From Felis catus (Eukaryota): a stretch of 64,000 bases of DNA. The number at the start of each line of letters is the position of its first letter. The first letter of the stretch is position 1. The stretch spans positions 107,448,001 through 107,512,000 of the forward strand of contig NC_058368.1 in assembly GCF_018350175.1 (NCBI RefSeq), given 5' to 3'. A program made the translations under genes and the position numbers. Below, piece by piece: positions 1-12,899 of the stretch. Under the pieces are notes generated by a model. That model was not told the origin of the DNA, did not search any database, and saw nothing but the letters and a program-made list of their open reading frames with translations.

Positions 1-2032
1 ATGAAGCAGCAGAAAAATTGATTTCTAGCTGCAGCTGCCTTGGGTTTCTTTTTTATTGGTTAAATGATGCAGGTACAACAGAATCAAACAAGTAATTTCT
101 GATGGCCTCTAATAGCTCCTTCCTGTACCTCTGAGCTGTCAGAAGTGGAAATAGTTGCTCTTAAGGGTAATAACATATATGGGACCATTTGTCTACTTTG
201 AAAGCTTTATGAATCATTTTCAATGATTTCCCTTGATACCTTGTAATATCAGCTATTATGGCCCTCTTCTGTTTCTTCTTACTCCTACCTCTATGCTCCA
301 CAGTCTTACTCATTTTGGATACAACTAAGTGTACCATCATCAGTAACTAGGTTCAGGGAATAGGTTTTATTTGTGACTTTCCCTGTAATTTATTCTCTGA
401 ATAATGGGAAAGAAAGATTTGAATGTGCTACAAAATTTTTAGGTGCTAAAACTCAGCGTAGTTGCCTCATGCAGTTAAGTAAATTTGGGTTAGGATATGA
501 TGCAGTATTCTTTAATTGCAGTTACACATTAATTTCCATAACAAAAATATTTTTAATAAAATGTGACCATGTATTATAACATCCCATGGGCTTAGTAGCA
601 ATCAAATGAGAGCTAAAAGAAATGAGCTTGAAACAATGAATAAAAGCTGTATTTTAAAATAAAAACTTGCCAACATCTATATTTTATAAGTATTTGCCAT
701 ATATCCTGCAGGAAAAATACCCAACTCATTTGGAAGTGAAAAACTGAGTCAAATTAATTATTCATTATCTAGTAGATTTTTAAGTACCTTTTTAGAAAGT
801 CGTTGGGTTGAATTCAGTTAAGCTTGTGTGTTCTAAATATGAAGGTACAGTTTTTGTGTCTTCAGAAATTCAGAGTGTATAGATTCATGTAACTGCACGG
901 TTCCAGTGGTCTCCAAGCTCAGATGTCAAAAAATGGAATTTTATATATTTTATAATTAAGCCCTAATTTGCATTATTGTGTGCAACTTAGTCTAGATGTT
1001 TTCAAGAAATTCATGTCAGTTCAGGAATTTCCTGACCAAATTTAAATTCTGTTTTAAGTTTTGCACTTCTTTTTTATAATGTATTTTTACGTCTTTTATT
1101 CTTTCTCATGCTGTTGCAAATTGAGTTTTTTCAATAATTTTGTTCTTCTGGAAGTTATTCCTGGAGGTATTGCTTACGCTTACAGTCAGCTCCTTCAGTT
1201 CTTTGAATGCTGTTATAATTCCTTATATTAAGCTTCTTGCTTAAATACCTTGAATGATATCTTTTGTCTGCAACAAACTCTGAATGATAGAAAATGACAG
1301 GTCATTTGTTGGGTCATGGTGACCTTATATTAACTTTAGAATATATATGAAGATTTCACCTTTAGAAGTTGGTATTCTGTGTCACATAGATGGTGGGAAA
1401 ATAATAATACATCAGTTTCATACATAAGATATAATAAGTATTGCCTGGGAGATGTGAAGTAAGACACTTGTTTTGGGATTCAGAAAATATCAAATATCAC
1501 ACCATATCAAACCAGTGGTAAAATTCACTGAAATGTTCTAAATGGGAAAGAATTTAATCATGTAACATCTGTTCCTATATGTCCTATGAATACAAGGGAT
1601 ATTTATAGTCTTTGATGTTTAGGAAAAGACTGGCTTCTGCAAATTTAAGAGACTTGATCTTATAAATAAGATTAGGAAAGCTGAACTTGAAGATGGAGCA
1701 GCTGTTTAATTACAAAGGATGATGTGAAATTTTCCACTTTTCACAGCTCTGATAAAGAGAGAAGGAATATAGGATTAAAGGTTAGAAATCCCAAGATAAA
1801 TTTTAATTAGTCAAAATTTTTTTCCATATCAAAATTAGCTAATAATTTGGAGGATACTGTTCTCAGGAGTCTTCATAAGAGATCTAACAGGTATTTTAAC
1901 AAGGTCTTATTAAATGGTAAAGATAGCTGTTATTTTATCATTTACCTGATCTTAATCATTAAAAAGACTGTTGACAAGATTGGCAAGATTATCATTTAGA
2001 TTGCACACAAAAGTTTATATTAAAATACTTTT

Positions 2033-2228
2033 GGGTGCCTGGGTGGCTCATTCAGTTCAATGTCTGACTTCGGCTCTGGTGATGATCTCGTGGTTTGTGA
2101 GTTTGAACCGCGCTTTGGGTTGTCAGCTGTTAGCACAGAGCCTGCTTCGGATCCTCTGTCCCTCTCTCTCTTCACCCCTCCCTGCTCATGCTCTCTCTCG
2201 CTCTGTCTCTCAAAAATAATATATAAAT
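2033..2228 (+). mobile_element. CAN-SINE (SINEC_Fc-like)
   Basis: GGGTGCCTGGGTGGCTCA head, (CT)n region and A-rich tail. Confidence 0.9.
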
Positions 2229-3646
2229 TTAAGTATTGTGTGTGTGTGTATAATATTCAAAAAAATAGTTTTTAAAGGGTAAATACGAACTCATATTTAG
2301 TTGAGATTGTCAGATGTATTTCAAAGAAAATATGAAATTTTATTTTAAAAAATTTAAAATACTAAAGTGGTATGGATGTTAGCTTATTATACCACATATC
2401 ACGTACCAAAAATTTGATTAACCTGCTTATTCTAACGTGAATTAGAAAAGTAAAAAAAAAAAAAAACACAGGAGTTTACTCTCTTTATTAAGTATAAGAG
2501 ATATGTCTTCTCACCCACAAAGCAAGTAGAAATTTAAGCCGGGGTTCGCCTTTCATTTTAGAACTGCTTTATTATTGATGATTTTATTTTTACCAATTGC
2601 CATGTAGAGTGTCCAGATTCTCTTCATATTTTTTTATGTTCCATTTACTAACATAACAAAACATTTCTTATTCGGAGAAATGTTAGGGAAAGTCTTTGTA
2701 TATATGAATTAATTGGCCAGAGAATAGTAGGACAATTTTAATAAATTCGTTTTGCTTACATGGAAAGGCCACAACTTTTCTTAAATCAGGCTGTCAAAAT
2801 TCTATGATATTTGTGTTTCTCACATACTGCTTGGCCCCACATCCATTATATGGAGGGAAAAGCAGGATTTACTTCCAACTTGGTTTTTCTGATTTGTATC
2901 CCTCCTCCCTAACCAGTAGATTTCCAAAATACAGTTACATTTAACTCTGTTTCGTTCTTTCCCAACCATATCTTATTCTTTATGTTACTTTTTTCATTTT
3001 GTGCCTTTGACATTCATTATAAATAATTTTTCTTTTAAGATTTATTTTTACCTCCTTTCATCTTCCTTCTATTCATTGATTCCAAAATATTTAATGGGTA
3101 TCTATTATTTGTCATATACTGTCCTGAGTGCAGGGATACAGCGATGGGAAAAATTGTAAACAAATTAAATGTTTTTTATACTTCTAAAAAGTAAATACAC
3201 AATAATAACATGAATATAATATATTCCCAGGATTTAAAGGAAAGAGTAGGGATTTTGCTTTTTTAGACTCTACCCCAATCCCATTCCAGGGACACTTAAC
3301 CGCTTTAAAGTTTAATGTCCCCCTTTCAGACTTTTGTATGGATTTATAAAAATAAATAATTTATATAGAAAGAAATATAAACTTCTGCCTGAACGGAATC
3401 ATACTATAAATGCTTCTTAATTTTATTTTTACTCTTAGCAGTGTGATTTTGCAGTCTTTCCATTGCAGAACATGCAGATTCATTTAACTACTATACAAAT
3501 TTCTATGGAGGTAACTTAATTAATTTAACCATTCCTTTACTGGTTAACATTGAAGTTTCTACTAATTTTCTACTAATATAATCATTACTATAATGAATAT
3601 ATTTATACATATGTTGTAGATATTTTTAGACATTCTATTTTATAGT

Positions 3647-3855
3647 GGGGCACCTGGGTGGCTTAGTTGGTAACCATCCGACTTCAGTTCAGGTCATGGT
3701 CTCACGGTTCATGAGTTTGAGCCCCGCCACAGGTTCTTTGTTGATGGCTCAGAGCCTGGAGCCTGCTTTGGATTCTGTGTCTCCCTCTCTCTCTGCCCCT
3801 CCCTTGCTCACATTCTGTCTCTCTCTCTCTCAAAAATAAACACACATTAAAAATT
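3647..3855 (+). mobile_element. CAN-SINE (SINEC_Fc-like)
   Basis: GGGGCACCTGGGTGGC head, CTCAGAGCCTGGAGCCTG felid-type motif, (CT)n and tail. Confidence 0.9.
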
Positions 3856-5242
3856 TAAGTACACATATAGGTAGATTGATGTAGGTTTTCCTGTGAAACA
3901 GATTACAAAATTAGATCTCTGTGTCCAAACAATATATAAATCCCATGTTTGTTTCAATATTTAATTCTAAAAAAGATTGTACCATGTATACTGCTGTCAA
4001 TAATTTTGTTAATTTCCTGTGACTTTCACATATGATCCCCACGATAGTAGTTGTAATTTTATTGAGTCTGAGAAATGAAATATATTATTGTTTTAATATG
4101 TATTTTTCTGATTTTTAGTGAGGTAGGTCATCTTTTTGTATAAATATGGTCTGCTTTTACTCCTGTGTGTTGTTACTTAGTCTTTTCCCACTTTTAATCA
4201 TTTACCTTTTGCTTACTGCAATGTAGACATTTTTTATATATGACGAGTATAAAACCTTTGTGCATCCTATACAGGGCATCTATTATTTAATATATAATTA
4301 ATACCAAATTTTTTATATTCCTATTATATTAGTTTGCTAGGGCTACTGCATATTAATTACATTTCTTAGCACATGAGTTATACTTCCTTTTTAACTGTTT
4401 TTAGTGATTGCCCTAGAGTTTACAATTAACACAGCTAATTCAAGTCCACTTTCAGATGAACACTAAAGCACTTCATTGGTTGTGTAAGTTTCTTATAGTA
4501 ACCAAATAATCTTAAACCCTGCCTCACATCCCTTGTACTGTTACTCTCATTCAGTTCACTTATGTATAAATATACAAAGCATGTGTGTGTATGTATGTAT
4601 GTACGTATATATACGTATGTATATGCATATATACATACATATAAGCTTGCATAATCAAATATATTATTGCTATTATTTTGAAAAATTATCTGTTAGATCA
4701 ATTAGGAAAAAGAAAGAGAAAAAAATATTTTTTACTTTCTTTGATGTTCATCCTTTATGTTGATCTGAGCTTCTGACCTATATTATTTCCTTCTCTCTAA
4801 AGAATTTTTTTTAATATTTCTTACAAGCCAGGTTTACAGGCAACAGATTGTCTTAATATTTTTGTCTGAGAAAGGCTTTATTTCTCCTTCACTTTTGAAA
4901 GATAATTTTTCAGGGTATAAAATTCTAGGTTGGTGGTTTCTTTCCCTCAACACTTCAAATATTTCACTCCACTCTCTCCTTGTTTGCGTGATTTCTGAGG
5001 ACAAGTCAGATGTAATTCTTCTTCTTGTTCCTCTTTGTGTAAGGTGTTTTTTTTCCTTTGACTTATTTTTGCATTTTTTTATCTTTAATTTTCTGTGTAA
5101 TTTTTTTGGCACTTATCCTGCTTGGTGTTCTCTGAGCTTCCTGGATCTGTGCTTTGTTATCTAACACTAATTTGGGAAAATTCTCATATTGTCCAAATAC
5201 TTTTTCTTTCTCTTTCTCTCTTTGTTCTCCTTTGGGCCATCT

Positions 5243-5244
<2 letters not shown>

Positions 5245-5307
<63 letters not shown>

Positions 5308-5350
5308 CATACATATATACATATATATATAATGTTTTATATATATATAT
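5245..5350. repeat. (TA)n microsatellite with CA interruptions
   Basis: Directly visible in the sequence. Confidence 0.95.
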
Positions 5351-6464
5351 AAAACATACTCATACTCCTTGGATATTGTTTTTTTCAATATTTGTTCTCT
5401 TTGCTTTTCAGTTTTAGAGGTTTCTTTTGAGATATCCTCACGCCGAGAGATTTTTTTCCTCAGTTGAATTCAGCTTGCCCTTAAAACATTTAAAGGAATT
5501 CTTCATTTCTGAGAGTATTTATTTGTGTCTAGCCTTTCTTTCTGGTTCTTTCTTGGGATTTGCATTTCTGCTTACACTATCTTCCTTTTAATGCATGTTG
5601 TATGCTTTCTTTACCCATGGGAGTCCTCAGCATATTAACCATTATTGTTTACATTTCTGATCTGATAATTACAACATTCCTGCCATGCTTGGTTTTGAGA
5701 TATATCTCTTCAAATTATGTTTTTTTGCCTCATGCTATGCTTTGTAGTTTTTTCTTGATTACCGGACATGAAATACTGGGTAAAAGAAACTGCTGTATTT
5801 GGCCTCTAGTAATTGATGTGAGGTGTGGGGGAGGGAAGATGAGCTATAGTCCTTTGATTTGTTTTAGTCTTTTAGTGCACCTATACCTCTGGACTATGAG
5901 TTTCATAAGTGTTTCTCAGTTTTCATCTTCTTCCTCAGGTAGGAGAGAATGACTAAAGTGGGCTAGAGTTCAGTATTTCCCTTTTTCCAGGCCCTTTAAG
6001 CACTGATAATACCCCAGCAGGTCAGGTTCTGGTTAACTGGCTTCTCCTACCACCATGACTTGTTAAGAACAGGGTGTTTTCAAGTTTTTCAAAATGGTTC
6101 CTTTGTTCCTCCCCCCTGCAGGAAGCATGAGGGTGTTTTTCTCTGATATTTATTTTGAGACTGTGGTAATGATCTTGGAGGTAAAACTTAGAAAATTGTG
6201 CCGTCTCCCCACTCCCATACTGAGTCTCTTAGGATTTTTAACTCTCAGACTTTTCCTCTGAGCCTTCAGCAATTTTTCAATTATAATTCAGCTTTTCCTC
6301 CCAGAAATTGTTTGCCACAGAGTTTTGGCTCATGAGTTTCTGTTGCTAGTAAGTTATGATTCTCTGTTTACCTGTTGGTCTCTCTAGTTTTAGGAGTAGC
6401 ATGTTGCTTTGTGACCTCACTTCTCTTATGGCTCTAAGAACAGTTGTTGATTTTTCTTTCTTTT

Positions 6465-6690
6465 TTTGTTTTTTGAGTTTATTTCTTTTGAGAAAAAGAG
6501 AAAGAGAGAGTGCGCACATGTGCACACACAGGAGGGGCAGAGAAAGAGGGAGAGAGAGAGAGAATACCAAGTAGATTCTGCACTGTCAGTTCAGAGCCTG
6601 ACCTGGGCTCAGACTCACAAACCAGGAGCTCATGATCTCAGCAGAAATCAAGAGTTGGCCACTTAACCAACTGAGTCATCTGGGTGCCCC
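6465..6690 (-). mobile_element. CAN-SINE inside the old L1
   Basis: Ends ...TGGGTGCCCC. AGTTGTTGA is repeated on both flanks. Confidence 0.85.
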
Positions 6691-7051
6691 AAGAGTTGTT
6701 GAGGTTTCAGTTTATTCAGCTCTTTACTTTTTAGAATGTGGTGGCAACTTGCAAGCTCCTTATAAGAGCCTGTTATAAAGGGATATAAAGGAGTGTAAAG
6801 AATTGAGTGATAGATTGAGTTCCCAACAAGATAGGTTTGTTAACTATGGTCTAAGGTTCCAGAGAGAATAATGAGAAGAGAAGGAAAGAAGTGGTGGATA
6901 GTTGTGTCAGGAAGGAGCAGCCTTCTCAGGCAGAAAAGAAGGGGTTGCCAGTTTGTTAAGATGACTGCAGTACCCTGAAATTTGGACTTTTCTAAGTTAT
7001 CCTAATATACTTATGTGGCTCCCTTTTTAATTCCTAGGATGCCACTCTTGT

Positions 7052-7277
7052 CTTTTTTTTTTTTTAATTTTTTTAACGTTTATTTTTGAGAGACTGAGAG
7101 AGACAGAGTGTGAGCAGGGTAGAGGCAGAGAGAGAGAGGGAGACACAGAATCCAAAGCAGGCTCCACACTCCAAGCTGTCAGCCCAGAGCCTGATGTGGG
7201 GCTCAAACCCATGAACCCTGAGATCATGACCTGAGCTGAAGTCGGGTGCTTAAGCAACTGAGCCACCCAGGTGCCCC
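7052..7277 (-). mobile_element. CAN-SINE (SINEC_Fc-like) with TSD
   Basis: TSD GGATGCCACTCTT at 7037-7049 and 7280-7292. Confidence 0.92.
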
Positions 7278-8064
7278 ATGGATGCCACTCTTTTCTAACC
7301 AGTATTCTAATTATCCCATAAAAGCCCAGCTGGTATGTCAAATTAAAATGATATAATTTAGCAATTTATAAAATTAAATTATTATTGATTTTTAAGTTAC
7401 TTCAGCACCATGAAAGCAAGAGATTAGAAAGTTTCTTGGTAAGGTTGTAAAAGTCCCTGAGTCTTCATCCATGATTTGAGCCATTAATTTAGAGCACTGA
7501 ACATGTCAATCTATTTCTTTAATCTTTCCAGTATTTAAAGAGTCCTTTATATTGTTAATAGGCAGCAATTACAAGTTTTCAGAAGTTTTGCCTTCACTCT
7601 ATTCTTTATTCCAGGAAATTACACTTGCTAATTCAGCTAACTATTTTACCTCTGTCACTGGTGGGTTGCCAGGGTTGGATGCCTAAATACTAGTGAGATT
7701 TTCACTTATGTCAGATAACCACTTTTTCATTCTCATTTCCTTCAAATTCTGCTTCTTGCCACCACTGTCGGTACCAATTGCTACATTAGTGATTTTTCTA
7801 CATTTCAAATGGCACAATCTATTATGGGTGGTTTAAACAGAAAATAAATTCATTTACAGATTCTTTGCTAGGGCAAGACAATGAGGTTTGCAAGCAATAT
7901 AAGGAGCAACACTGACAAATAATACTGTGAAAACAATCCAGCGGAGCCTCATTGCTACCACCCAAAACCCAGTTGCCAGAGTACATGTGTATATCCTAAA
8001 CACTTGATGTTTAAACTTCTGCCTCTTCTCTGTTGATTCATAATTTGACCCCATACACAAAAGG

Positions 8065-8250
8065 CAGGGAGAGACCGAGGGCATGGTGGACCACCCCCTG
8101 CCCCCAGACTGGCAAGTGGCAGTTTTAATAAGCAAGAGGACTTACATACGAGGCTTGTCTCGAGTGGCCACATGATGAGAAGATCTCCACACCAAACGGC
8201 CAAATTTTAAAAATTTATATGTAGACACTTTAACTGGGTTCCGTCATATG
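8065..8250 (-). mobile_element. Fragment of a carnivore ERV LTR within an older MLT-like remnant (about 7800-8620)
   Basis: GGACTTACATACGAGGCTTGTCTCG...AGATCTCCACAC...AATTTATATGTAG...TTAACTGGGTTC resembles a common carnivore LTR as recalled. Flanking MLT-like motif CTGAATGGCAGAGCCTGGATCACA. Confidence 0.45.
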
Positions 8251-9382
8251 TTCTACCAAGAGAGTTTCAACAACACTTTACTCTCTCAGGACTGTATCCT
8301 TGGAACAGCACCTACTGGGGAAACAGTAGGGAGAATGTGTATTCCAAGGACAGAGGAAAGGGTAAGAAGCCTCTTAATTGCCCAGGTCCGGCTCATCGGT
8401 CAGCCTGTGGTCTGTCCTCTCTATCACTTTCTCCAACTGTATCTCAATCAATGCTGGACATTCCTGCCAACTCCATGATGGACAGTGGTGCTTGCTTCGT
8501 CACATTATCTGCTTTTCAGTCAAGGTTTTACAAGGTTCATCTGAATGGCAGAGCCTGGATCACAAATGAGACTGAAAGGAAGGCTGCAGAAATTACTTTG
8601 GGATTTCTGCCTTGGGGTTGGTTATATACAGGCACAAAAACTCTCCAAGCATGGAAGGGATATGCAAAAGGTTTATGGCAGCCAAAAGGCATATTTGTCT
8701 CTGATACATCCTATTTTCTAACACAAAATTGCTAAAAATTATATGTTTTGAACATGATTTCCTTGTGCTACTGTCTGCATTCTGTAGCTCTGGAGTTAGT
8801 AGTGACCTTTCTTTTTTCTTGATGAAAAGACGAGATTAAGAATTACTTTTACCCCTAAGCTTGTTAACTGTCTTCATCATATTATTTGTTGCAGTAAGTC
8901 TACTTTCTTCCTAAGTATAGTCTTGAAATTTTAAGACTTCCCTCATCCATTTTGGACTATTTACTTTTCAGGCTTACTGCCTAGCTGTCTTTCCTGTTTT
9001 CTTCCATTTGCTCTTGTGGTTTAGTTTCCCTTTTTCTCTGATTCCATGTACTTTCTCTCTTGGATTCTTTTGCTTTTATAGACTGCCTGTTAGTTAATTT
9101 TCTCAGAAAGAGTATAGAGGAAGAAAGCTTTCTGAGTTCTTCTATGCCTAAAAGTTTGACTGTATATAAAATTCTAGATTCAAAATTATTTCACTCTAGA
9201 GCTGTGAAGATACTTGTCCATTTCTTCTAGCTCTTAGTTTCTTGAGTATTGGTGGTAATTATATTTATTATGAGAATTCTAATATCTTTGGGGGCAACCT
9301 GTTGATGTAACTAGGTAATAACTATATTGGCTATCAATCTATGGTTTTAACTGCAGAAATAGTATTTTATTAAGTATGAGAA

Positions 9383-9558
9383 AAAGAAATGAACATAATT
9401 TATATATGCATATCTTTAAGCAAATACACTGATTTCATGAAAGGTGAGAGAAACAAGATGCTAAATAAAGAAAGAAAGAAATGAAGATAATTTTAGATGT
9501 GCATATCTTTAAGTAAATACACTGAGTTCATGAAAGGTGAGAGAAACAAGATGCCAAA

Positions 9559-9601
<43 letters not shown>

Positions 9602-9644
9602 AACAAAACAAAACAAAACAAAACACACACACACAAAAAAAAAA
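9383..9644. repeat. Tandem duplication of about 92 bp followed by a compound (TAAA)n(AAAAC)n(AC)n(A)n tract
   Basis: Copies at 9383-9469 and 9475-9562 share GCATATCTTTAAG-AAATACACTGA-TTCATGAAAGGTGAGAGAAACAAGATGC. Confidence 0.9.
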
Positions 9645-9804
9645 CCCCAGGAGGATACTGTATTCACATGCTTTTTACCATCCACAATCTTAGTCTCTTC
9701 CCTTTCCTTTTCTCTGGATACAGCCATCCCTTCTTCTAGCACAAAAAATACCATACCTCCCACAGCAGATACATGGTTGATTCTATATTCTTCAGCTAGG
9801 GTCA

Positions 9805-10414
9805 GTGCTTGGTTAGGAATTCTGGCTTCAAACAGGGAAGTGGACTCAATAAGAGACATTTTATGTACACATACATACCTATATATACTTACATACATTT
9901 GTTACAGGTTATCAGCTTACACAATCATCAGGACTAAACAGTCGTTTTAAAGCTATGTTTGTTTCCACATTTAAAACTGGACTTGAAGTCCACAGTCAGA
10001 CCCTTAGGAAGGGAAAATTGTGAGCATAAGTTGAAACCCCATGAATATGTGCTGAAACTCCATGAAGATGAACTGAAACTTAGGTCTATTCTTGTTGCCT
10101 CTGACCTTGGTGAAAAGAGTATCCTGCAGAAGTCTTAATTGCAGAGCTAATTACGTACCTTGCCTTTGGAATCAGAAAAACTGGAAGTGAATCTAGAGAA
10201 GGTAGAACAATTGCTGGTGCTTCATGCCTTTGAGATGTGTTAAGCAATCAGCAGCAGTAGAGGTAAGCAGTAAAATGGTTGCTTCCTTTCCTAGTTCTTC
10301 CAAGTCTTGCAAGAATTTCCTTCTGGCTCACCCTAATTGGAAACATACAAAAAAGGCAGTTCTGGGTAATGTAGTTTTCAACTTAACCAAGTGACACATT
10401 ACATAGCCATTGCT
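9805..10414 (-). mobile_element. Ancient ERVL-type solo LTR (MLT2-like, tentatively MLT2F)
   Basis: Minus strand starts ...ATGTAATGTGTCACTTGGTTAAGTTGAAAACTACATTACCCAGAA. Plus strand carries the MLT2-like GCTTACACAATCAT motif. Confidence 0.6.
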
Positions 10415-10669
10415 ATTCCCCCCAAATGATAAATGATTTACCTGAAATTTTATCCACCACAACTGGAAAAAATATTAAGCAAATGGCCAACAAAATGATC
10501 TTCCCACATGTCTAACAGAATGAGTTAGGCTAAAAATGAACCTCAAAGTAATAGTGATAGTATTTTCTATAGGAATTTGTGTAATAATTAATGGCTTTTT
10601 AAAATATTTGCCAGTGGAAATTCTTTTTGTTTAATCCTAGTTTTATGTTAGTAACTTTTTTGTAATAAT

Positions 10670-10936
10670 TTATTTTTTAATTTACATCCAAATTAGTTAG
10701 CATATAGTGCAGCACTGGTTTTAGGAGTAGATTCCTTAATGCCCCTTACCCATTTAGCCCATCCCCCTTCCACAACCCATTCAGCAACCCTCTGTTCTCT
10801 GTATTTAGGAGTCTCTTATGTTTTGTCCCCCTTCCTGTTTTTATATTATTTTTACTTCCCTTTCCTTATGTTCATCTGTTTTGTATCTTAAATTCCTCAT
10901 GTGAGTGAAGTCATGATATTTGTCTTTCTCTGACTG
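10670..10936 (-). mobile_element. 5'-truncated felid L1 (L1_Fc-like) 3' end
   Basis: TTTACATCCAAATTAGTTAGCATATAGTGC...GTCTTTCTCTGACTG matches the cat L1 3' UTR as recalled. AATAATTTT occurs on both flanks (possible TSD). Confidence 0.8.
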
Positions 10937-12899
10937 TATGTCAATAATTTTTGAATAGTATAGGTCCCATTTGTTCAAAACTATGAGCAAAACCATGTTA
11001 GTATATACAAAGTTTTTCTCCTTTTTCTTTGCTCTGGTAGAAGAATCATCTTCTGTTTGATCAAAAAGTGGCATCACGTTGTTATTAGATAATTTAACAT
11101 CACTTTAAGTTATAATCTGTTTAGTTAAGATACCCATTCTGATTTCTCCTGCACTGATGGTATCATAAGCACCAAGACATTATAGAAGCATTAATAATCA
11201 AATTCACAGCTGGGTCTTGTCAACACAATCAAAGACTAATGAAAGTGAATTAAAGCTGAAAGCAATGGTTGGAACAGTTCTGGAATCATTCTGCTACTCC
11301 TCACATAGCCAAGGCCATTACATGGTCCTCCAAATGTATAATCCAAAATGGAAGGAAAATGAGATTCAGCTGGTCTCCAAGACACACAGGAGACCTGATG
11401 AAAGCATTGTAAATAAGCCAGTGGACTCCATCTATCATAAATAGTAGGCTGGTTTTTCATAAAACAAAGGACCTGGCAGAGAAAGTGCCAAAATGCTGTT
11501 CTTTAATAATGAGATGGAGCTGATAGTTTGTTCAATTTACACATCAATTTGTCCAGAAGATTTTTTTGAAAGGCAGAAATGTTTGAATGCTAATCACTTC
11601 ATATTTGAAAGGTGTCTAAATCTCTAGCCAGAGGGCATTGTGGAGAGATTAAAACGTTCTTAGTTTGGTAGAGGCTGAATTTACAGCAGTGAGTTTGGGA
11701 AGCTAAAATGTAGTTTCCCATGGATAAAGCTGTCATTGAAATAGATATGTCCTGGGCATAAACATGATCATTTTAAGGCCTTGACTTGTCACATCTTGCG
11801 TTGGTTTTCATGGCACAACAATACATATTTCTTTTCTTTCTTTCTTTCTTTCTTTTTTTTTTTTTTGATTCTGGGAGTTGTTCCCCCCCACACCTCTAAA
11901 AGATTTTAGATGAATTTAATTATACACAGAAAAAAATAACTTGTATGCTTTTACCAAAGTGATATAATGGCTCAGTCCCTCTCAAGAGAACTATTTTAGT
12001 TGGTATTATGAAGCAAAATTTCTTGAAAAACCTCTTTGAATATCCTAAAATCATAACTAATTATTTTCAGGGGAAAATGTGAGAGCAAACAAGGTGTTGA
12101 GTCTTATTCTAAATATGTAGCTGAGAGCAGGAACTAGTATATTTATCTCTATCAGATGAATTAGAAATTGTATGTGTTTTTTATTTCAGTATTTTTATGA
12201 TAACTCTTTCTTTTAAAATAATGCCTCAGGTGGGTGCTAAGTTTCTGGAGATGGTTCCTCAGATTTCACAGAATTTCACTCAAATTTCACTAAATATGTT
12301 TATACATTATTAAAAACATAATTAAAAACACAAATGTTTTATGTAGCCTAGTTTAACATAGTAAGATGATTAGTATGCTGATTTCTTCATATTTATTCAG
12401 TTTTCAAGTAGAAAATCTTTTCTTGGCAATTCTGTTTAACTGAAGAATATTCTAAGATTTCAAGATAAACTTTAAAAACATTTTACCATAACCCCTCAGT
12501 TGTCTATGTAAGTGAAATTTGGATGCACGTATTATTTTCAGTCATTGCCCATGACTCCAAATTGTAAATGCCTATGTTCATCAAAAACTAACTTTGTCAT
12601 TTCATTTACTTTTTAAAGAGTAAATGTTATGTATTTAATCCTACGTAGTTAAATAATATTAATAAAATTCTGTTCTTTTCTCTTGATTTTTGAGATGCCA
12701 CTTAACATTTCTTATGAAAAAAGATTTATGCTACTGAAAAATTTGAAAATTCACTTCTTAAAATGTGTTAATTTTCAGTAAGCCACTTCTTCCTCTTTAA
12801 GTTTAAGGGCATGAGAGAAAAAGCCACTCTTCCTGATCTCCTGTGCATTCATGGCAATGGTTATATCCTCTGTAATAGAGTATAGCCTATAGCCCTTGA

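Larger units (their letters stand above)
4390..6760 (-). mobile_element. Old L1 (L1M-type) 5' UTR/ORF1 fragment, interrupted by (TA)n and a SINE
   Basis: ORF 4834-5112 is the L1 ORF1p C-terminal domain (RITSDLSSE...REWSEIFEVL...PRILYPEKLSFKSEGEIKPFSDK). QIQEAQRTPSRI appears in the adjacent frame. Confidence 0.85.

Noticed and set aside
5063..5417. ORFs with YIYIYI runs
   Set aside because: They are translations of the (TA)n microsatellite inside an L1.
7854..8735. Cluster of 60-130-aa ORFs suggesting a processed pseudogene
   Set aside because: There is no recognisable protein similarity, and the DNA resembles LTR/MLT remnants.
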